From contig CAXXFF010000003.1 of NCBI GenBank assembly GCA_963676835.2, positions 64,001 to 128,000 on the forward strand: a stretch of 64,000 nt of DNA. The letters are read 5' to 3'. Position numbers and translations under genes: made by a program. The notes beneath the pieces are model-generated. The model did no database searches and was not told the DNA's origin. It worked only from the letters and a program-made list of their open reading frames with translations. Each line of letters opens with the position of its first letter. The first letter of the stretch is position 1. Origin of the DNA: Marispirochaeta sp. (GTDB lineage: Bacteria; Spirochaetota; Spirochaetia; JC444; Marispirochaetaceae). Positions 57,751-64,000 of this stretch are shown here, one piece after another.

Positions 57751-59538
57751 ATGAATACTCCCCGAAACCGGCTGTTTACCGGATTACCCAAAATCGGCAT
57801 CCGACCTGCCATAGACGGCAGACTTAAAGGAGTTCGTGAATCCCTTGAAGATCAGACCATGAACATGGCGAGATCTGCTGCAGAACTTATCAGTGCTTCA
57901 CTCCGTTATCCAAACGGTGCACCGGTTGAATGTGTAATTGCCGACAGTACCATTGGAGGAGCTGCAGAATCGGCTATGTGTGCGGAGAAATTCAGGAATT
58001 CCGGTGTAGGCGTATCCCTCACCGTAAGCCCCTGCTGGTGCTACGGTACGGAAACCATGGATATGGACCCTGTTATTCCAAAGGCAATCTGGGGATTCAA
58101 CGGCACAGAGCGCCCGGGGGCAGTCTATCTTGCGGCAGTTCTTGCTGCTCACAACCAGAAAGGACTGCCGGCTTTCGGCATCTATGGAAAAGAGGTTCAG
58201 GACTCCAGTGACACTTCCATTCCCGATGATGTGGCAGAAAAGATTCTAACCTTTGCCCGTGCGGGTCTTGCGGCTGCAATAATGAAGGGTACCAGTTATC
58301 TTTCCATGGGCTCAGTTTCAATGGGAATTGCCGGATCCATTGTGGATGACAAGTTTTTCCAGAAATATCTGGGCATGCGTAATGAATATATCGATATGTC
58401 CGAATTTATCCGCCGTATCAACGAAGAAATTTACGACCCGAAAGAGTACCGGATTGCCCTTAAATGGACAAAGGAAAACTGTAAAACCGGTGCAGACCCC
58501 AACAGTCCGGAAAACCGGAAAACAGAACAGGAAAAAGAGGCGGATTGGGAATTCTCTGTAAAGATGACCCTCATCGCCAAAGATCTTATGGCTGGCAATC
58601 CCAGGCTTAAAGAACTGGGCTATGGAGAAGAAGCCCTTGGTCATAATGCCATTGCTGCCGGATTTCAGGGACAACGGCAGTGGACAGATTATTTTCCCAA
58701 CGGCGATTTCATGGAAACCATGCTTAATACCAGTTTTGACTGGAACGGACCGAGACAACCTTTTATTATGGCCACGGAAAATGACAGCCTGAACGGAGTA
58801 TCCATGCTGTTCGGCCATCTGCTAACCAATACAGCTCAAGTTTTCAGCGATGTCCGTACATTCTGGAGCGCGGAAGCCATTCAAAGGGTAACCGGCAAAA
58901 AGGTGACAGGGGCCGCCGCAAACGGCCTGATCCACCTCATCAACTCCGGATCTACCTGTCTTGACGGAACAGGACAGGAGGAAATTGATGGAAAGCCGGC
59001 AATTAAGCCCTTCTGGGATATAAGCAACGATGAAATCTCTGCCTGTATGGAAAAAACACTCTTCTGCCCGGCTAACCGGGGCTACTTCCGCGGGGGTGGA
59101 TATTCCACCGATTTTCTCACCAGGGGTGGAATGCCTGTCACAATGTGCCGGCTCAATATTGTTGACGGCCTTGGGCCGGTTCTGCAGATTGCCGAAGGAG
59201 AAACCGTGGAACTTGAGGATGACGTTCATAACACACTCGACCAGCGCACCGACCCCACCTGGCCGACAACCTGGTTCGCGCCGCGGATAACCGGAGAAGG
59301 AGCATTCAAGGATGTATACACAGTTATGGCATCCTGGGGAGCCAACCACGGGGCAGTCAGCTACGGTCATATAGGGCCGGATCTTATTGCCCTCGCATCT
59401 ATATTGCGGATACCGGTCTGTATGCACAATGTTCCGGATGAAAAAATATTCAGACCCAGTGCATGGAATGCCTTCGGCATGGATAAAGAGGGGGCCGATT
59501 ACCGGGCCTGTGCAGCCTTTGGACCTTTGTATAAGTAG
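57751..59538 (+). CDS. fucI: L-fucose isomerase
   Basis: [45 protein letters not shown]. Confidence 0.97.
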   Translation: MNTPRNRLFTGLPKIGIRPAIDGRLKGVRESLEDQTMNMARSAAELISASLRYPNGAPVECVIADSTIGGAAESAMCAEKFRNSGVGVSLTVSPCWCYGTETMDMDPVIPKAIWGFNGTERPGAVYLAAVLAAHNQKGLPAFGIYGKEVQDSSDTSIPDDVAEKILTFARAGLAAAIMKGTSYLSMGSVSMGIAGSIVDDKFFQKYLGMRNEYIDMSEFIRRINEEIYDPKEYRIALKWTKENCKTGADPNSPENRKTEQEKEADWEFSVKMTLIAKDLMAGNPRLKELGYGEEALGHNAIAAGFQGQRQWTDYFPNGDFMETMLNTSFDWNGPRQPFIMATENDSLNGVSMLFGHLLTNTAQVFSDVRTFWSAEAIQRVTGKKVTGAAANGLIHLINSGSTCLDGTGQEEIDGKPAIKPFWDISNDEISACMEKTLFCPANRGYFRGGGYSTDFLTRGGMPVTMCRLNIVDGLGPVLQIAEGETVELEDDVHNTLDQRTDPTWPTTWFAPRITGEGAFKDVYTVMASWGANHGAVSYGHIGPDLIALASILRIPVCMHNVPDEKIFRPSAWNAFGMDKEGADYRACAAFGPLYK

Positions 59539-59612
59539 TATATTAAACTTAGCGACAAAGTTGAATGAGGTGAGTTTGACTTAACACTGCGTATCTGAGA
59601 GAATCTTGCTAC

Positions 59613-60749
59613 ATGAAGATAACCACAGAGCTGCAGATAGAAAAGCTTACCTACCAGGGGGACGGACTGGCCCGTAAGGATGGCATGGTCTGGTTCGTCC
59701 CTTTTTCAGCTCCCGGGGATACCCTGGAAGTAGAACTCACAAACCGGAAGAAATCATTCTCCCGTGGAAAAATTATCAGAATAAAAGAGCCTTCCCTCCT
59801 GCGCACCACCCCGCAATGCAGACATTTTGGTGAATGCGGAGGGTGTCAATGGCAGCACATCGACTATATAAGCCAGATTGAACAGAAACAGCTTATCTTA
59901 AACGAGATGCTTGAAAAAAGCGGAATAAAAGACATAGACACTATTGTCCGGCCATCTCCACAGAATTACGGCTACCGCAACAGAATAAGTCTCCACAGAA
60001 TCGGGCAGAGTATCGGTTACTTTTCCACCGGCAGCAGAAATCTCATTTCCGTTGGGGATTGCCCCATAGCGGCTGATCCTCTGCGGGAGTGGCTGGCTGA
60101 ACCCTCTCTGAGTAAAAAAGAGATATCCAACCTTCCGGAACGATTTGAGCTTCGGCTCATGCAGGACGGACAGGTAACTGCTGCTGCAGACAGCACGGAA
60201 GGGCAATTCGTACAGGCAAATACAGCCGGCAATGCTATGCTGCAGGCGGCGGTTAAACAGGCTGCAGCTTCTGCCTCTTCCTCTCCCCGCATATTTGACC
60301 TCTATTGCGGAGACGGCAACCTTTCTATGCCCCTGGCAGAAACTGCCCGTTCAATTACCGGATGGGATATTTCTGTTCCGGCTATTCGGGAAGCACAGAA
60401 GAAAAGTACTGCAAGTTCTGAAATCAACTACCATGTGGGAGATGTCAAACAGATAGCCGTTGCGCTGAGAACAAAAGCAAAAGAAACTGACATACTTATT
60501 CTTGATCCCCCACGGGAAGGAATAAAGAACGAATCGGCAGAGCTTGCAGATTTGAATATACCAGCGGTAATATATGTTTCCTGTAATCCCGCCGCCCTTA
60601 CCAGAGACATCAAAACATTTCTTGATCGCGGATATTCGCTGAAAACCCTGGAGGGCTTCGATATGTTTCCCCAGACCTATCATCTGGAAAGTGTCTGCCT
60701 ACTCGTCAAAAAAGACAGTCTCCTCCGGCCGGGCGATAACTCCCGGTGA
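59613..60749 (+). CDS. rlmD: TRAM-domain uracil-5 RNA methyltransferase (RlmD/TrmA family)
   Basis: TRAM, C..F..CGGC, F.QAN, DLYCGDG, DPPR, YVSCNP, DMFPQT.H.E. Confidence 0.85.
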   Translation: MKITTELQIEKLTYQGDGLARKDGMVWFVPFSAPGDTLEVELTNRKKSFSRGKIIRIKEPSLLRTTPQCRHFGECGGCQWQHIDYISQIEQKQLILNEMLEKSGIKDIDTIVRPSPQNYGYRNRISLHRIGQSIGYFSTGSRNLISVGDCPIAADPLREWLAEPSLSKKEISNLPERFELRLMQDGQVTAAADSTEGQFVQANTAGNAMLQAAVKQAAASASSSPRIFDLYCGDGNLSMPLAETARSITGWDISVPAIREAQKKSTASSEINYHVGDVKQIAVALRTKAKETDILILDPPREGIKNESAELADLNIPAVIYVSCNPAALTRDIKTFLDRGYSLKTLEGFDMFPQTYHLESVCLLVKKDSLLRPGDNSR

Positions 60750-61799
60750 TTCCCGGCCGATAAGTTCATCAATCTCGGAGGAATGCTTCCCGAACAGTTT
60801 TCTCAGCTCAGCAGCAGAGTAATTGGTAACAATTTTGGCAATGTCATTAACAAGAACAACAGCACCGATTGAAAAATCACCTTCCACCGAGGTCACCCCT
60901 TTTGGAAGAAGACTTTTGTGCTTATGCAGAGCCGCGACAGCTCCGTCATCGATTGTAATAGTTCCTTCAGGCCTGCTGTTAATAATCCAGCGTCTGCGGT
61001 TCTTCATCCGCTCCCGTGCAAGAAAAAGGGTTCCAACCTTTTCACCGCGAACAATCCTGTCCAGCAGATTCTCACTTGAACCATCAGCAAGAACCACACG
61101 GCAGCCGGCACGGCGGGCAATCTTAACAGCTTCAAGTTTGGTCTTCATGCCGCCGGTGGAAAAGGTACTGCCCGCAGAACCGGCTGCAGCCATAATCTCC
61201 GGTGTCAGCTCATCAACAATATCCAAAGGCTTTGCATTTTTATCAGATCGTGGATCTGCATCATACAGAGCATCAATATCGGTCATCAGGATCAGAAGAT
61301 CTGCATCAATCTTGCTTGCAATAAGCGCACTTAAGCGATCGTTATCCCCGAAGGCATTACCGATCTCTTTTGTCGAAACACTGTCATTTTCATTGACTAT
61401 AGGCAGAACTCCAAGGGAAAGAAGGGTCTCAATGGAGTTTCTTAAGGTAAGATAGCTCTGCCGTTTATTGAGAACCTCCGCAGTAAGTAGAACCTGAGCG
61501 GTTTTAACGCCAAGGCCGGAAAAAATAGTGCGGTATTCCTGCATCAAAAGGGGCTGCCCTATTGCAGCACATGCCTGGCGCATGCTTATGCCGGTGACTT
61601 TTTCGGTAAGCCCAAGGTCTTTCGCCCCCATGCCGATTGCTCCGGAAGAGACCAGAATAACCTGATACCCTTTTGTTCGTAATGCTGTTATATCAGCAGA
61701 AACACGGGTGAGGAACTCTTTATTCACACCGTCCCGGGATGAGAGTAAATTGGTACCTATTTTTACAACAATCCGTTTTGCGCCGGAGAAATCACGCAT
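60699..61799 (-). CDS. proB: Glutamate 5-kinase
   Basis: VVKIGT, VSSGA, NEND, FGDND, GGM.TK, PUA domain. Start at ATG 61799. Confidence 0.96.
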   Translation of the reverse strand: MRDFSGAKRIVVKIGTNLLSSRDGVNKEFLTRVSADITALRTKGYQVILVSSGAIGMGAKDLGLTEKVTGISMRQACAAIGQPLLMQEYRTIFSGLGVKTAQVLLTAEVLNKRQSYLTLRNSIETLLSLGVLPIVNENDSVSTKEIGNAFGDNDRLSALIASKIDADLLILMTDIDALYDADPRSDKNAKPLDIVDELTPEIMAAAGSAGSTFSTGGMKTKLEAVKIARRAGCRVVLADGSSENLLDRIVRGEKVGTLFLARERMKNRRRWIINSRPEGTITIDDGAVAALHKHKSLLPKGVTSVEGDFSIGAVVLVNDIAKIVTNYSAAELRKLFGKHSSEIDELIGRESPGVIARPEETVFFDE

Positions 61800-63096
61800 T
61801 ACTCGTTCCCAGGGTCTTGTGGGTAAACTTCTTTTTCCCTGAGGCATAGTCAGCAACAATCTGGCCATGTCCGTAAAGCTTGTATTTATATGTCATAAGA
61901 CCATCAAGTCCCACAGGGCCGCGGGCATGGAGTTTTCCGGTACTTATTCCAACCTCTGCGCCGAAACCGTAGCGGAAACCATCGGAAAACCGGGTACTGC
62001 AGTTGTGAAAAACGTTCGCCGAATCTACACGGTTCATAAAGAACTCCGCAGCATTGCTGTCTTCTGTGATAATAGAATCGGTATGTCCGGAACCGTACCG
62101 GTTAATATGCGCTATGGCAGTATCTATTCCATCGACAACCTTGATTGAAACAACAAGATCCAGATATTCAGTTGCCCAATCATCATCACCGGCAGCTTCA
62201 ATCCCGGGAGCAAAGCTTAAAGTCTTTTCGCAGCCCTTTACGGTTACTCCGGAAGCTTCCAGTGATTTTACCAGAGGAGCCATAATGTTTTCAGCTGCAG
62301 ATTCGTCTATGAGGATTGTCTCTGTGGCATTACACACCGCCACATACTGAGCTTTACTGTCCACTGCGACAGTAACAGCCATTGCGGGATCTGCATTCTT
62401 GTGAATATAGGTATGACAAATTCCGTCGGCATGCCCCATTACAGGAATACGGCTGTTGTCCATAATATAGCGGACAAACTCGTTGGAACCCCTGGGAATA
62501 AGCAGATCGATCTCATTGTCCATGGCCAGCATCTCAGCCACTTCTTCCCGTGTCTCCACATTGAAAATCCACCCGGAAGGGATGCCATTAGCTGATGCAG
62601 CTTCATCTATAATGCGGGTTAGTGTCCTGTTGGTTTCGAAAGCTTCTTTACCGCCTTTAAGCAGTACAGCATTGCCGCTTTTCAGGCATAAAGTAGAGAT
62701 CTGTACCAGTGCATCAGGACGGGATTCAAAAATCATGCCGATAACACCGATAGGACAGCTTACCCGGTAAAGATTAAGACCATCATCAAGCTCTGTGGCG
62801 AGCTTAACCTCCCCTGAGGGGTCGTCAAGATCTATAAGGGTGTTTATTCCATCTATAACACCGTCAAGTTTACTTTGATCGAATTTCAGTCTTTTCAGCA
62901 GTGGTGCCGCAACACCGGACTCTTTTGCTGCCTGCAGATCCAGAGTATTGGCACGGAAAATTTCTTCTTTCTTTTCATTCAAGCCTGCAGCAACTGCCTT
63001 AAGGGCCTTGTTCTTGATACTGCCTTCGATGGAGGCCATCTCTATGGAAGCCTGTCTGGCTCCGCGGGCAGCTTCAAGGATGGACAAATTCTTCAT
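61792..63096 (-). CDS. proA: Gamma-glutamyl phosphate reductase
   Basis: IFESRP, LKGGKE, CNA.ET, STRFSDG..YG.GAEVGIST.KLHARGP. Confidence 0.97.
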   Translation of the reverse strand: MKNLSILEAARGARQASIEMASIEGSIKNKALKAVAAGLNEKKEEIFRANTLDLQAAKESGVAAPLLKRLKFDQSKLDGVIDGINTLIDLDDPSGEVKLATELDDGLNLYRVSCPIGVIGMIFESRPDALVQISTLCLKSGNAVLLKGGKEAFETNRTLTRIIDEAASANGIPSGWIFNVETREEVAEMLAMDNEIDLLIPRGSNEFVRYIMDNSRIPVMGHADGICHTYIHKNADPAMAVTVAVDSKAQYVAVCNATETILIDESAAENIMAPLVKSLEASGVTVKGCEKTLSFAPGIEAAGDDDWATEYLDLVVSIKVVDGIDTAIAHINRYGSGHTDSIITEDSNAAEFFMNRVDSANVFHNCSTRFSDGFRYGFGAEVGISTGKLHARGPVGLDGLMTYKYKLYGHGQIVADYASGKKKFTHKTLGTSNA

Positions 63097-63153
63097 ACTG
63101 ATCACCTGTTATACTGTAAATGCTTCCGAAGGCGGCAGTCCTTCGGGTAAGTA

Positions 63154-63642
63154 TCAGGCGTACCCTATTATTCGATCCTTGTCTATAGGTATGTCCCTGT
63201 CGATAGGGCTGTCCAATGCGATGAGAGTTTCTGTAGACTGGATTTCCGGCATATTCTGAAGTTGTTCCGTAAGAAAGAAATGAAGACCCCGGGTATTTTT
63301 GGCAACAACCTTGGCGAAAAAATTATAAGCGCCGGTGGTGGAATGGACCTCTATAATCTCCTGAAAATCTTTCAGTTTCTCCACCACTACGCTGTAATCA
63401 CGGGCATTATGCAGATTTATACCCACAAAGGCACAAACCTCAAAACCGAGCTTCTGATAATCCATCAGAATCCTCGTTCCCCGTATAATTCCCATCTCTT
63501 TCAGTTTACTGTAACGGACATGAACAGTTCCTCCGGAAACTTCAAGATCCCGGGCAATCTCCTGAAAAGGGCGCCGGGCATCGCCCTGAAGAATTTTCAG
63601 AATTTTCAGATCCAGTTGATCAAGCTCATGATTGACTGCCAT
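63154..63642 (-). CDS. asnC: Lrp/AsnC-family regulator
   Basis: LD.LD.KIL..LQ.DAR HTH, TTG.Y, STET.I; SD AGGAGG before ATG 63642. Confidence 0.85.
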   Translation of the reverse strand: MAVNHELDQLDLKILKILQGDARRPFQEIARDLEVSGGTVHVRYSKLKEMGIIRGTRILMDYQKLGFEVCAFVGINLHNARDYSVVVEKLKDFQEIIEVHSTTGAYNFFAKVVAKNTRGLHFFLTEQLQNMPEIQSTETLIALDSPIDRDIPIDKDRIIGYA

Positions 63643-63856
63643 GCCGCCTCCTAAAGACTGTTTAATAATTGGCAACGAATATTATGGGTAAGATATGCAA
63701 ATATTCAGATTTCTTCAAGTAAATATTTGTAATTTCACAATTCAAAAAGTACTTTCCTGCCAAAATAATAACAATAACACTCATATTTACCCAAAATGAA
63801 ACTTTACATTAATGAAACAATGAAGCAAAACCCCTTTTTCGCAGTTTATACCAGAT

Positions 63857-64000
63857 ATGAATACTGCAACAGACCAGCTGCCTGAAATTATAACAGAAAT
63901 AGCAGATACCATCTTCGGTATTAAAGTACTTCGTGATTACCAGAGGAGCACGATCATTGATATTTGCGAGTCATGTCTTAATACTACTGATGAAGCTGAT
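63857..64000 (+). CDS. Partial CDS, possible RecQ-like helicase N-terminus
   Basis: MNTATDQLPEIITEIADTIFGIKVLRDYQRST..., open to the window end; FG...LR.YQ resembles a Q-motif. Confidence 0.45.
   Translation, partial: MNTATDQLPEIITEIADTIFGIKVLRDYQRSTIIDICESCLNTTDEAD

Noticed and set aside
1..64000. CRISPR arrays, tRNA/rRNA, IS elements, prophage
   Set aside because: No regularly spaced repeats, cloverleafs, transposase, integrase or phage genes seen; intergenic gaps are short.

Overview
Chromosomal window from a free-living anaerobic spirochaete (Spirochaetaceae-like). The assignment is inferred from gene content and from the Borrelia/Treponema-like clustering of rpsB-tsf-frr-uppS-cdsA-(dxr)-rseP with dnaB-rplI-rpsR-ssb-rpsF. 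Most of it is housekeeping: three LPP20-type lipoproteins, a BirA-controlled biotin ECF operon, Lhr helicase plus an orphan methyltransferase, a class III ribonucleotide reductase locus, a dGTPase-like gene, REC-PAS-GGDEF-EAL, shikimate genes, a GT4 plus a Prs-like pair, XPB helicase plus partner, cell-wall and TPR genes, translation and replication clusters, lacI-fucI, rlmD, proAB and asnC. I saw no tRNA, rRNA, CRISPR, IS or prophage. Four observations stand out. (1) The anaerobic RNR is split: the glycyl-radical loop is on a separate 174-aa protein fused to a CPNC thioredoxin/glutaredoxin domain, with apparent coiled coils on both sides of the break. (2) Its activase nrdG has no ATG/GTG/TTG upstream of the radical-SAM motif, so a CTG start is probable. 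(3) A 53-codon ORF missed by the ORF track consists of just the N- and C-termini of isocitrate dehydrogenase fused in frame. (4) A stand-alone MshEN-like protein lies near a c-di-GMP enzyme. All family calls are from motif recognition by eye; no searches were run.
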